Source: Anaerolineae bacterium
GTDB taxonomy: Bacteria; Chloroflexota; Anaerolineae; UBA1429
Assembly (NCBI GenBank): GCA_963675785.1
Contig: OY776562.1
Span: forward strand, 1,678,893-1,742,892
Length of the DNA stretch: 64,000 nucleotides
Direction of reading: 5' to 3'
Shown here: one piece after another, positions 38,801 to 49,293 of the stretch
How positions within the stretch are numbered: position 1 is the stretch's first letter
Layout of the letters: each line of letters starts with the position of its first letter
Program-made: the position numbers and the translations under genes
The notes under the pieces: generated by a model
Seen by the model: only the letters and a program-made list of their open reading frames with translations
Databases searched by the model: none
Told to the model about the DNA's origin: nothing

Positions 38801-39070
38801 CACCGGCGTTTCGATATCATGCTCCCAAGGATCGCAAACATGGCCTTCAACATACTCCAAGTCCGAAGGATGGATAAAAGACTGCAGTGATTCAAACCTG
38901 AAATTCAGGGGCAAGTCCAACAGCTGGAGAAGTCGGTCATTGACAAAGAGTACTTGGTCGCCTAGCAGAACAAGCAAGCCATCAGGAATAGCCTCACTGA
39001 TACCAATCATCAGATCTGTCTGCGCTTCGCTCAATGACCGGTGTACAAAAGCCATGGGGTCCCTTTCCAA
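35876..39070 (-). CDS. Multi-PAS/GAF sensor histidine kinase (no receiver domain)
   Basis: C-terminal HATPase_c (…VHDTGRGIDPEHAAHLFD…GLGLATV…), HisKA region, and several PAS-like repeats. Confidence 0.8.
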   Translation of the reverse strand: MERDPMAFVHRSLSEAQTDLMIGISEAIPDGLLVLLGDQVLFVNDRLLQLLDLPLNFRFESLQSFIHPSDLEYVEGHVCDPWEHDIETPVVECTLVSAQGIERDVELRTARLSILDLSTTLMLVRTTGVSLGSFTNPPHRALRYQRYLESNSNPVLREAEGRFYYASQSALELLGVRSLREVYGRDFIDFVQPDKQAEVEKHFRESRFKLSPTIFQTTLVRPDGATREVSIRIGTIPCSDQGLQNVTITDITEQLKIEQRQEITKRIGQAAGLIAEMMLKAKRWQDVLPQVLETMGQATSAKYVRLVHYGEPDALPVQVDAWPSGADRELISILGSILESQKDVRREFQRAFSGGQAIQFLRQDMPERMRSQFESRAVALIVVLPIQSETGIWGGLWVEYSDANQEPTDAQLVALKGCAATISGAMRRQAHADELARTSDFLSTILNNSSDGVYMINLWTEEFEFASEGLAKITGYSVQEWLDGGMALLVSRLQTDDREKLVRRLYEMRANQRGDEQTWPVLVREYLRTKDGTYRHIEVANTLQYDDEGHPVRVIGSVRDVTERTRSERAAAEGRDEFADLSGSLNEGLVLYRDDGRIYAANEAFCRMLGRNEAELFGRQVGEFLDLAARYELEPLMFTHHAANQTEEVAWHDDNRVVPTLVSPQYRLHGERGEGSWYSAVMDISQRKEIERRTRESEENFRSIFENMGHALFLFDADLTLQSGNGVGYYLFGVAESWRGLHASEVEERLNVQPRTMVLQLDQALRNRRIVREGGVVTVQGVDGLVDAEMLAFGYGTDRGKQVALLIRDVTDIRRLEGIVRETESLRAAQSLTKGTAHDFINLLTVCRAVADSIRDSAGDKEAVLGEYGELVKHIAQAHTMSDNMLQGILGQSEDEEMLVAVNSEVGQLQKSIGRLLGTDIELRLQLASDPVYVRMNQTWFDRVLLNLCVNARDAMPEGGKIDIRSSLEQITKPLADELGINTGLYGCVSVHDTGRGIDPEHAAHLFDYRYTTRHDSNHYGLGLATVKYLISQSSGGIRVHSEPNRGTTFSLYVPAIDTSNLDC

Positions 39071-39215
39071 TCATGCCGCTTACGTCGAATTCACGCGGCA
39101 TAAAAAAGGTGTGGCACAAGAATATACAAAAACAGAGGCTAACTCAAGTGAATGAGATGGCAGAGGATGGAAGAAAGGTTGACGCCTCGCTTGCACAACG
39201 CTACTATCGAATTAG

Positions 39216-42200
39216 TTGATTATACCAGAGGATACTGTGAGAGATAACTACCGCCGCTTGGTGTGGGTTGTTATTGCGCTCATTTGCATCGTGTGCGCAA
39301 GCACGTCTGCGCGAGCCCAGGACGCCACCACCCTACTGCTTCCCGATGCCTCTCTGGTAGCACTGACGCCCTGGCCCGGTACAGGCAGTTCTCCACAGCT
39401 CGTCATCGCGAGTAATGATGGCAGTGTACAGCTCCTCACTCGTCAGACGGGTGATACACTTTGGAGCACCACCACTATTGGATCGCTAACCGCAGCCAGC
39501 GCTCTTTGCAGCGCCGATTTTACTGGTGACGGTCTCATCGATCTGGCCGGTATTAGTAATTCTACACATCAGTTGGTATGGTGGCTCAATTCGGGCAGCA
39601 CGTTTACACGTTACATATTGGCCTCGAATACCGACAATGTCTACGGCGTCTCCGGGTTGGTTGCCGCCGATTTGGACGACGATGGCGACACAGACCTCAT
39701 CACCACGGCCATGCTCTCGGGTCGTTTGGTATGGTGGAAGAACATCGGCCTGGATACTTTTACCCCCATCACCCTGAACACCAGCCTGGATCAGCCCCAA
39801 GGCTGCGTTATCCTCGACTGGGATGACGATGATGACCTAGACGTGTTGACCATTGAGCGCACCACCATCAGCCTGTGGCGCCAGAGCGATACCCATACCT
39901 TTACGCGAGTTATTCTGGCTAGCGGGCTTTCTCAAGGCGCCGCCTTACAAGTCGCTGATCTGGACAATGACGTAGATCTGGACCTCGTCAGCTATGATTC
40001 CAGCACCAGGCTAGTGCAGTGGTGGAAGAACGACGGCAGCGATAACATGACGGCCTACACCATAGCCCGAGCCGTAAACAGCCCTTGCCACTTGGCGACG
40101 GGCGACATGAACGGAGACAGCCTGTCCGAAGTGGCCGCCTCAGCCGGAGACGACATCCTGGTGTGGAGAAACAGTGGCGGCACGTTCAGCGAGGTGCTGC
40201 TCGACGGCGCTTTTACCTCGGCACGCGGCATCTGCCTGATAGACATGAACACCGATGGCCGATTGGATGCCGTGGGGGCTTCACGCGCCAAGGGATTGGT
40301 ATGGTGGGCACTCGAGGACACTTCTTCCGTTTGGCCACCCTCACTGGATTGCGGCCCTTTTACCAACTCGACGACGCTCGAACTATCCTATACCAGCGGC
40401 ACCATCTGGTCGGCCTCTTGTGACGCCGATTGGGTCTCTCTCTCACCCAGCAGCGGGAGCGGCTCGGGCAGCATCAAGGTAACGTTCAACCGTGCAGCTA
40501 TCCCTGAGGGATACGGCCGAACACACATCACCATCACCACCAATCAGGGCACGGCACTGGTACCACTGGTAGCGGTCAATCCACCCGAAGGCCGGTGGGC
40601 CATGATACCTCTCATTATGCGCGACGCCATGAGTGAATCACGCCAAACACTACCAGAAGGCAGCGTGCCAGGTATGCTGGTGACTGCCTGCTCCAGCACA
40701 GGTAAGGCAATTACCTCTGGTAGCCTCATCACTAGCACCATCACCGTGGCCGATACCCGGCCCCTGCGTGATGTGTACGTGACGCTCAACATCGATCATC
40801 CATCATTCAGCAGCCTGGGGGCCTGGCTCATTCACGAGACCACAGGCACACGTATCACCCTCTTCCTCCAGCCCGCCGGGGGTTGTTCAACCTACGCAAG
40901 TGACCTGATTTTGCGCGATGACGGCAATACCGCTGTCAACAGCGCCTGTTGGGCGGGTAGCGGAACGTGGTCCAGCCTGGTTCCACTCGATCCATTGCAG
41001 CGCTACGAGGATGAATCATTCGGAGGCACCTGGCGGCTAGAGATTCGTGATTATGGCAGCGACAGCAGTGGCCAATTGGTTAGCTGGTGTTTGCAGGGCT
41101 ATGTGTATGCGCCTACAGCCGTGCCCACAGCTCTGCCTACCTATACCCCCACACCAACGGCCACGGCAACCGTCGGGGCGACATATACCCCCACCGCCAC
41201 CTCTACAGCAACAGCGACGGCTACCGCCACCAGCACATCCACAGCGACAGCCACCGCTACGGCGACAAATACCCCCACGGTTACACCTTCGCCAACAGCA
41301 ACCAGTACGCCGGTTCCCATCGATTACCCGGCGTTGATAAGCCAGAACACCTCGGGCGAAGTAGGACAATCTGCTAGCGACTGGCCGGTCGTCTCTGCCG
41401 ATGGCCGTTATGTGGCCTTTGAATCGCTCGCCCAAGACCTCATTACCTATGACTATAACTATGCCCAAGATATCTTTGTGCGTGACATGCAGCTGGGCAA
41501 AACGGTGCGCGTCAGCCTGGGGCCAAGCGGACAGGCATCTAACGATGAATGCCGCGATGCAGATATCTCAGCCGACGGACGCTATGTGGTGTTTACCAGT
41601 ATCGGCACGAACATGATCTCTGGCGTCACCGACGGCAGTGCTCAGGTATTCCTGCGTGACCGTGACGTCTCTGGCAGTGGCACCTATGATACAGCCGGAA
41701 ATGTTCAAAGTTATGTAGTGAGCGAATCGCTGGTAGGCATTACCGGCAACGATAACAGTGGCCATGCCAGCGTCTCGAATGACGGGAACCTGATCGCCTT
41801 TGAATCCGATGCTGGAAATCTGGTTTCTGGTGACAGCAATAACTTTTCCGATATCCTGGTTAAAAACATGAGCACCGGCGCAGTTGAGCGCATCTCGGTG
41901 GGGCTGGAAGGCGCCGAGCCCGACGGCAACTCGCGCTACCCGGCTATCTCAAGCGATGGGCGCTATGTGGTCTTTGTCTCTTACGCCAGTAACCTCGTTG
42001 AAGATGACACCAACCTGGTGAGTGATATCTTTATCTACGATCGCCAGACTGACACCATGGAACGTATCAGCACCGCCAGCGATGGCACTGAAAGCAACGG
42101 CCAATCGTTGTGGCCGTCCATTTCCGCCGATGGACGCTATGTGGCCTACCATTCTGAGGCCAGCAACTTGGTGATCGGCGACACCAATGCCCTGCCAGAC

Positions 42201-42584
42201 TCGTTTCTGCGCGATACCTACACCGACACCACCACACGCCTGAGCGTGTCAGAATCGGGCCAGCAGGCCAACGGCGAAAGCATTTATGCCCGTATCTCTG
42301 GAGACGGCAGCACAGTGGTTTATCAATCCCAGGCCACGAATCTGGTCAGTGGGACCGACGAAGCACTGGAAAGAGTATATGCTTGGAACCGCGCCACAGG
42401 CGAGGTGCTGCTGGTTTCAGTCAATAGCTCGGGGCAGCAGGCAGCCGGTGCCAGTTATAACGCCGCCGCATCCTATACAGGCGACTTGATCGCCTTTGTA
42501 AGCGATGCAACCAATCTGACCATCAATGACGATAACGGTGCCCGTGACGTGTTCTTGCAGCAGAGAGACGATCTTTTGCCCTAG
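39216..42584 (+). CDS. Large exported protein: FG-GAP/VCBS (integrin-alpha-like) repeats, proprotein-convertase P-domain-like segment, Thr/Ala/Pro linker, C-terminal PD40/TolB-like repeats
   Basis: N-terminal signal-anchor; Dx(D/N)xDGxxD repeats (ADFTGDGLIDL, ADLDDDGDTDL, LDWDDDDDLDVL, ADLDNDVDLDL…); a P-domain-like region (DVYVTLNIDHPSFSSLGAWLIHETTGTRITLF); repeated ISADGRYVVF…SNLV…DTN…DIF units. Confidence 0.7.
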   Translation: MIIPEDTVRDNYRRLVWVVIALICIVCASTSARAQDATTLLLPDASLVALTPWPGTGSSPQLVIASNDGSVQLLTRQTGDTLWSTTTIGSLTAASALCSADFTGDGLIDLAGISNSTHQLVWWLNSGSTFTRYILASNTDNVYGVSGLVAADLDDDGDTDLITTAMLSGRLVWWKNIGLDTFTPITLNTSLDQPQGCVILDWDDDDDLDVLTIERTTISLWRQSDTHTFTRVILASGLSQGAALQVADLDNDVDLDLVSYDSSTRLVQWWKNDGSDNMTAYTIARAVNSPCHLATGDMNGDSLSEVAASAGDDILVWRNSGGTFSEVLLDGAFTSARGICLIDMNTDGRLDAVGASRAKGLVWWALEDTSSVWPPSLDCGPFTNSTTLELSYTSGTIWSASCDADWVSLSPSSGSGSGSIKVTFNRAAIPEGYGRTHITITTNQGTALVPLVAVNPPEGRWAMIPLIMRDAMSESRQTLPEGSVPGMLVTACSSTGKAITSGSLITSTITVADTRPLRDVYVTLNIDHPSFSSLGAWLIHETTGTRITLFLQPAGGCSTYASDLILRDDGNTAVNSACWAGSGTWSSLVPLDPLQRYEDESFGGTWRLEIRDYGSDSSGQLVSWCLQGYVYAPTAVPTALPTYTPTPTATATVGATYTPTATSTATATATATSTSTATATATATNTPTVTPSPTATSTPVPIDYPALISQNTSGEVGQSASDWPVVSADGRYVAFESLAQDLITYDYNYAQDIFVRDMQLGKTVRVSLGPSGQASNDECRDADISADGRYVVFTSIGTNMISGVTDGSAQVFLRDRDVSGSGTYDTAGNVQSYVVSESLVGITGNDNSGHASVSNDGNLIAFESDAGNLVSGDSNNFSDILVKNMSTGAVERISVGLEGAEPDGNSRYPAISSDGRYVVFVSYASNLVEDDTNLVSDIFIYDRQTDTMERISTASDGTESNGQSLWPSISADGRYVAYHSEASNLVIGDTNALPDSFLRDTYTDTTTRLSVSESGQQANGESIYARISGDGSTVVYQSQATNLVSGTDEALERVYAWNRATGEVLLVSVNSSGQQAAGASYNAAASYTGDLIAFVSDATNLTINDDNGARDVFLQQRDDLLP

Positions 42585-42679
42585 AGATAGACCTTTTGGC
42601 GCATTGACGGCCATTTGTGCAAGTGTTAAGATTGGCGTTCATACGCTTGAAAAGGTAGCATGTCGCTCAGGAGGGGGAC

Positions 42680-43324
42680 ATGGAAAAGCTGCAGCTGCTT
42701 GAACGCGTCTTTGATACGGGTATTATCGCCATTGTTCGGCTTGCAAGCGCCGACGTTCTCTCAGCAGTGACCGACGCCATTGCAGAAGGCGGTGTACGCT
42801 GCATCGAATTTACCATGACCACACCCGGTGCATTGGATACCCTGGCCGAGGCTACCGCCCGCTATGGTAAGGATGTCAGCTTTGGCGCCGGCACTGTCCT
42901 GGATCCTGAGACGGCCCGCGCGGCCATCCTCGCCGGCGCACAATTCATCGTCGCCCCCAACCTCAACCCCAACGTCATCACTCTCTGCAACCGTTACAGC
43001 ATAGCGGCCATGCCAGGTGCACTCACCCCCACCGAGATCGTACAAGCCTGGGAGCTGGGCGCTGATGTGGTCAAGGTGTTCCCCGCCGACAGCATGGGCC
43101 CCAGATACATCAAGGGCGTGCTAGCGCCGCTGCCCCACATCAAGTTGGCCCCCGTAGGAGGTATAACCCAAGAGAATGCAGTCGACTATATCCGTGCAGG
43201 GGCGGCCTGCCTTGGCGTAGGCTCCAGCCTGGTAAATAACGCCAGCATCGCTGAACACAACTGGACCGATCTCACGATACGCGCACGCGCTTTTATCGAT
43301 GCTGTTTTTTCTGCACGAGCCTAA
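42680..43324 (+). CDS. eda: KDPG/KHG aldolase (Eda family)
   Basis: …GIIAIVRL…GGVRCIEFTMTTPGA…KVFPA… typical of Eda. Confidence 0.8.
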   Translation: MEKLQLLERVFDTGIIAIVRLASADVLSAVTDAIAEGGVRCIEFTMTTPGALDTLAEATARYGKDVSFGAGTVLDPETARAAILAGAQFIVAPNLNPNVITLCNRYSIAAMPGALTPTEIVQAWELGADVVKVFPADSMGPRYIKGVLAPLPHIKLAPVGGITQENAVDYIRAGAACLGVGSSLVNNASIAEHNWTDLTIRARAFIDAVFSARA

Positions 43325-43350
43325 TTGTTCGCCGTGATTGGAAAATAATA

Positions 43351-44646
43351 ATGTCTACTTTTAGTCCCGAACCTGTAAAGAAAAACGAAAAACACTGGCA
43401 GCGTGATCTATGGGTATTGTGCGCTATACAATTCCTCACACTCACTGGCTTTAACGCTTATATGTCCTTTATCGCCTTTTACTTTCAAGAATTGGGAACA
43501 CAAGGCATCGAAGAAACCGCCCGCTGGACTGCCCTGGCCTGGACACTCTCCTCGGTTGCCTTGATGGTCTCTTCACCAATATGGGGAAATCTGGGAGACC
43601 GTATCGGTCAGCGCAAAAACCTGGTACGTGCCACATTCGGCGGTTTGATTGTGGTTGTACTCGCATACTTTGTGCAAACGCCGACTCAATTCACCATCAC
43701 ACGCGTGTTGCAGAGCACAATCTGCGGCACCGTATCTGTGGCCACTGCTCTTACCGCCACTATGGTACCCATCCGAGAACTGACCAAAGGCCTTGGCTTG
43801 CTACAAACAACACGCTTTGCAGCAGCCGCGTTAGGGCCGATCGTAGGCGGGCTCATCGCCGATGCTTTTTCATACCGAGATGTGTTTCTGTTCAGTATCG
43901 TTATGATGGTCATAGCGCTGGTGCTGGCACTGGCCTTTCTACCTGAATATCCAGTTGCTCAGGCCATCACGCGCCAAAGGCAAACGTTCAGGGATATGCT
44001 GGGAGTGCCTTCGGGACTCAAAGCTACCAGCACAATCATGATCGCCACGTTAGCGGCCATGGCCTTTGCCGATTTCATCATTAGCCCTATATTTGCCCTC
44101 TATGTTCAAGAGCTTGCACCGATAGGCGCCAATCTGGGCACACTGACCGGTGCGCTAACCGCCGGAACCGCCATTGCTTCTTCAGTGGTGGCTATTCTCG
44201 CAGGGCCGCTCACCAAACGCATCGGCGAAAAGAACCTGCTGGTCATCAGCCTGCTGGGCGTGTGCGCTACGCTGATACCTCAAGCTCTGGTAGGCAGTGC
44301 CAACCAGTTATTCATCTGGCGCATTTTACAGGGTGCCTTTGCCGGTGCACTCATCCCCACAGCAAACGCCATTCTGGGGCACGCCACATCTCCCGAAGCA
44401 CGCGGCAAAGTATACGGCGTATCGGCCAGTACACAGGCCGCCGCACGTATTCCAGCATCTCCGCTGAGCGCCTGGATGGTTGCGGCGATCAGTATGCCCT
44501 CTGTGTTTATTCTGGCGGCTGCCGTTTACGGTGTGCTCGGCCTGGTGGTACTGAGCAAAGCCCAGATGAAAAAGGGCTCTGAAGAAATTCGGAATATGGA
44601 GCAGATCCCCACCCCCGAACCTGGTTGTTCTACACCTGCGCTCTGA
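43351..44646 (+). CDS. MFS transporter
   Basis: 12-TM profile with MFS-type loops (…GNLGDRIGQRK…). Confidence 0.8.
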   Translation: MSTFSPEPVKKNEKHWQRDLWVLCAIQFLTLTGFNAYMSFIAFYFQELGTQGIEETARWTALAWTLSSVALMVSSPIWGNLGDRIGQRKNLVRATFGGLIVVVLAYFVQTPTQFTITRVLQSTICGTVSVATALTATMVPIRELTKGLGLLQTTRFAAAALGPIVGGLIADAFSYRDVFLFSIVMMVIALVLALAFLPEYPVAQAITRQRQTFRDMLGVPSGLKATSTIMIATLAAMAFADFIISPIFALYVQELAPIGANLGTLTGALTAGTAIASSVVAILAGPLTKRIGEKNLLVISLLGVCATLIPQALVGSANQLFIWRILQGAFAGALIPTANAILGHATSPEARGKVYGVSASTQAAARIPASPLSAWMVAAISMPSVFILAAAVYGVLGLVVLSKAQMKKGSEEIRNMEQIPTPEPGCSTPAL

Positions 44647-44649
44647 TAA

Positions 44650-44692
44650 AAAAAGAGGCAGAGCCCACCCACAGGCCTGCCTCTTTTAGTTG
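44650..44692. terminator. Probable bidirectional terminator hairpin (GAGGCAG…CTGCCTC) between convergent genes
   Basis: A-run then a 7-bp GC stem then TTTTAG; the stem is short. Confidence 0.4.
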
Positions 44693-44701
44693 CTCTACTA
44701 G

Positions 44702-45913
44702 TTAGGGGCGCCAATCCTCAAAAGCCGGGAATGACTTGATAGTCTCCTCTGGCCAACCCAGCATACGGCATTTCATCCAGATATAGTAGCAATAGTCGTC
44801 CCACGCTACCTCGGCGGGGCAGCGATGATCGATGTGTGGAATAAACCCACCGGCGGCCACAGTAGGCTCTAGCCGCTTGAGCTCATCCAGAATGGCCTTG
44901 CGTCCCTGATGCAGCACAAACTTGTCGAATCCACCTCGAATGAGGATATCGCGGCCGTATTCTGCCTTGACCGCCACTGGATCGTTACCGGCGTTCACCT
45001 CAAAGGGAAACATACAGTTCAGGCCTACCTCCAGCCATAGCGGAATCAGCTTGAGTATATTGCCATCACAGTCCGTCCAAATGACATCCACGCCATGGCT
45101 GCGCAACAGATCCATCACTGGACGCATATGCGGCATGATACGTGTTTTGAAAAAGCGCGGGCTGAGGATAGGGCCGCTGTTAAAGCAAATGTCTTCCCAG
45201 CCAGAGGCAGCGTCGAACCAGCCAGCTTCCAGCACAGCTGGCAGATGGCGCAGGGTAAGATTGGCCATATGCTCGACCATCTCTTCCAACAAATTGGGGT
45301 CATCCACCGACAGGTAGGCCAGGTTCTCAAAGCCGATCCAATCGCGCAGCTTGCCAATATAGGAGCCATGTTCCACGCTCACGGGATTGGTGGTTGTGCG
45401 TGTAAAAGAAGCACGGCTTTCCAGCTCCTCTGGTGTGTAAAAGCGTCCCTCGTATTCGGGGTCGAGAAACTCGTCGCGAAAAGCCTCCCAGGTGGCCCTA
45501 TCTTTGATGGGGAATGACAGAAAATGCGGAATCGTGATAGTGCCCGATACTTTTTGTTCAACCAGCACGCCCAACCCATCACGATAGATATGCTTGTTCT
45601 CGCTGGATTCGATCTCGACCGGCTCACGCTGCGGCATGGGCCCAATACGCGGATTCAATCCCTCAAACTGCTCGATGCCAAAATACTCTTCCACCAGGCG
45701 ATTAGGAATAGACCCATCAGGCTGGCGCATGGACTCGGGCAGATGCCCCTGGATCATCCATTCTTCTTTGAGCTCGTCCCAGTAGCCAAACTCCATGTTC
45801 GAAACATAGTCGACCTGCTGATAGTGCATTACCCGATTCCAGCGTTCACGCGAGGTGAGTGTGCCGCCGGGTAGGTCGTCGCCTTTTCTAATCTCCACCA
45901 CAATCTCCTTCAT
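44702..45913 (-). CDS. Uroporphyrinogen-decarboxylase (URO-D/MtaA) family protein, paralog 2
   Basis: 403 aa; C-terminal URO-D-like region (…GGFIPHIDH…) similar to the 13090-14352 product. Confidence 0.65.
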   Translation of the reverse strand: MKEIVVEIRKGDDLPGGTLTSRERWNRVMHYQQVDYVSNMEFGYWDELKEEWMIQGHLPESMRQPDGSIPNRLVEEYFGIEQFEGLNPRIGPMPQREPVEIESSENKHIYRDGLGVLVEQKVSGTITIPHFLSFPIKDRATWEAFRDEFLDPEYEGRFYTPEELESRASFTRTTTNPVSVEHGSYIGKLRDWIGFENLAYLSVDDPNLLEEMVEHMANLTLRHLPAVLEAGWFDAASGWEDICFNSGPILSPRFFKTRIMPHMRPVMDLLRSHGVDVIWTDCDGNILKLIPLWLEVGLNCMFPFEVNAGNDPVAVKAEYGRDILIRGGFDKFVLHQGRKAILDELKRLEPTVAAGGFIPHIDHRCPAEVAWDDYCYYIWMKCRMLGWPEETIKSFPAFEDWRP

Positions 45914-46127
45914 CAGATCGATTCCTCGTCATAATACCAAAATCTGCGCCGGTGTCTACCGGCATACCCCTCAAAAGCCCATCTTGACACATTAAACAGA
46001 GCGGATATGATGAATTGTGATTTGTGAGTGCTTTTTATGTGAACCCCCACGAGCGTCCCGTCCACCCACAATGCCTTGGGTCGCTGTGTGGGTTTGTTTT
46101 GTTTAAATTTCTGGAGGTGTCACAACG

Positions 46128-47056
<929 letters not shown>

Positions 47057-47060
<4 letters not shown>

Positions 47061-47773
47061 GGAATGTCTTTTTAATCATGAAGCGCGAACTTCAGGCTTA
47101 TCTTGCTTCTCCTATGGCCTATATTGTCACAGCCGTGTTTTTGGCGGTGGTTGGCGGCATCGAGGGCGTGGTGCTCTACTATAGCCAGGAAGCCTCAATG
47201 TACTATGTGTTTGGCGATATTGTGACGGTGCTGTTCCTTGTGCTTACCACCCAGCTCATGAGCATGCGGTTGGTGTCTGAGGAAAAGCGCAGTGGCACCC
47301 TGGAACTGTTAATGACCACCCCCGTACCCGATTGGCAAATCATCCTGGGCAAATATCTGGCTTCGCTGGTTATGTTGCTCGCCATGTTGGTACTCAACCT
47401 CGGCTTTCCTTTGGTACTTACCAAACTGGGCAATCCGGATCTGAGCGTATTAGCCAGCGGCTACCTGGGCTTTTTCCTGTTGGGTGCCGCCCTGCTCGCT
47501 ATCGGCCTCTTTGCCAGCTCGATTACGCGCAACCAGATCGTAGCCGCCATCGTGGGCCTAGGCATTGTACTCGTGCTCTGGATGGCTGGCGGTGTGAGCG
47601 ATGTGTTTGGTGATACATTCGGCAGTGTGGTGGTTTATCTTGGGCCCTTTGACCACTATATCGATTTTGTCACAGGCATCATCTCTAGCAAGCACCTCGT
47701 TTACTATTTCTCTGTGATCATTTTCTTCCTGTTCGCTAGTACGCGTGTCGTCGAATCCCGGAGGTGGAAGTAA
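47057..47773 (+). CDS. ABC-2 type permease (GldF-like)
   Basis: Six hydrophobic segments; coupled to the ATPase gene by a 4-nt overlap. Confidence 0.7.
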
Positions 47774-47774
47774 C

Positions 47775-49292
47775 ATGAATACGCTCAAGCGTAACGCCAC
47801 CTGGATCTCGTTGACCGGGCTGGCGCTCGTTGCCATCGGTCTGTTCTCCCGAGCTGTTATTGGCAGCTATACTCTATGGATGGAGATTCTACTGGGTGTG
47901 GGCGCCGTGCTCACCCTTTCGTACCTGCTGCTGGCGCCTCAAAACGTCCGCAAATGGTTTGGGGGGCGACAGGCCCGCTATGGCTCAAATTCTGCCTTGA
48001 TGATGGTGGCCCTAGCTGCCATCCTGGTTATCGTCAATATACTGGCCAATGGCAGTGAAAAGCGCTGGGATGTTACTGAAGAAGGGCTTTATACACTCTC
48101 CCAAGAAAGCAAAGACGTCATTGCCCTGCTGGATGAGCCAGTAGACATCAAACTGTTTTACACCTCGTCGAACTATTCACTCAGCGAGGTTGAAAACCTG
48201 ATGACCCAATATGCTGCCGAATCGGACATGATCTCTTACGAGTTCATCGACCCCGATACGGATCGCACGGCCGCTCTCGCCTATGGCATCGATACCGACG
48301 GTACTACTATCTTTATTCGTGGTGACCGCCAGGAGACCACCTATGGCACCGATGAGAGCGATCTGACCAGCACCCTGCTCAAAGTGACTCGGGATGAGGC
48401 AACAAAAGTCTACTTTATCACCGGTAACGGTGAGCGAAATATCGACGCCTATGACACCTACGGCCTGGACACTATCGTTGGTGAACTGGAAGCCCAGTTC
48501 TACGAAGTTTCCACCATCAATCTATCCATCGAGGCCATCCCCTCCGACGCCGACCTGGTCATTGTAGCGGATCCAACCGAGCCCTATGACGATCAGGAAA
48601 TGCAGTATCTGCGTGATTACCTTAGCGCTGGCGGCGGTATGATGATCATGCTTGAACCCGGCGAACAAACCGCCTTTGAAGAGCTGCTGGCTGAATATGG
48701 CGTACTGACGCCCGATACCCTCGTGGTAGACGTTGCCAATGGTTTTTACGGCGATGTGGCCACACCCATCGTCGATACCTATGAATATCATCAAATCACC
48801 AACGACCTCACCGGTATGAGCAGCGTGTTCAGCACCGTGCGCGCTCTGGAAATTGACCAAACGGTCGAGGACTGGAACGTAACAATGTTGGTCAGCTCCA
48901 GCGACTATTCCTGGGCTGAGGTGGACTATACCGCCGACCAGGTCGAGCAAAATGATACCGAGATCGCCGGCCCGGTGGGTATGATGGCCGCTGTCTCAGC
49001 GGATAGCAGCTCGGATGCAGAAGCGCGGCTCGTTGTTGTAGGCGATGCGGACTTTTGCAGTAATACCGTGCTCTATTCGATCACTGGCTCTGCCAATACA
49101 GAGCTGTTCCTAAATGCCGCTGCCTGGCTCACCCAGGACGACGCACTGCTCTCCATCAGCCCCACCGTAGCCGAAGACCGCACGGTGACGCTGTCATCCA
49201 GCCAATCTCGTATGATTATGTACAGCAACATCATCTTTGTACCGCTGATCGTCCTTTTGGCCGGGGTGTATGTGTGGTGGAGGAGGCGTTAG
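47775..49292 (+). CDS. GldG-like ABC-exporter auxiliary protein
   Basis: N- and C-terminal TM anchors around a large extracytoplasmic domain. ATG 47775 with GGAGGTGGAAG upstream; the ORF track starts at 47745. Confidence 0.65.
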   Translation: MNTLKRNATWISLTGLALVAIGLFSRAVIGSYTLWMEILLGVGAVLTLSYLLLAPQNVRKWFGGRQARYGSNSALMMVALAAILVIVNILANGSEKRWDVTEEGLYTLSQESKDVIALLDEPVDIKLFYTSSNYSLSEVENLMTQYAAESDMISYEFIDPDTDRTAALAYGIDTDGTTIFIRGDRQETTYGTDESDLTSTLLKVTRDEATKVYFITGNGERNIDAYDTYGLDTIVGELEAQFYEVSTINLSIEAIPSDADLVIVADPTEPYDDQEMQYLRDYLSAGGGMMIMLEPGEQTAFEELLAEYGVLTPDTLVVDVANGFYGDVATPIVDTYEYHQITNDLTGMSSVFSTVRALEIDQTVEDWNVTMLVSSSDYSWAEVDYTADQVEQNDTEIAGPVGMMAAVSADSSSDAEARLVVVGDADFCSNTVLYSITGSANTELFLNAAAWLTQDDALLSISPTVAEDRTVTLSSSQSRMIMYSNIIFVPLIVLLAGVYVWWRRR

Positions 49293-49293
49293 C

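Noticed and set aside
41047-41468. Pro/Gln/His-rich ORFs and an apparent short-period DNA repeat (ACN/GCN units), resembling a repeat array
   Set aside because: This is the Thr/Ala/Pro linker-coding region of the 1122-aa protein. The repeats are imperfect codon-level repeats, not CRISPR repeats or a mobile element.
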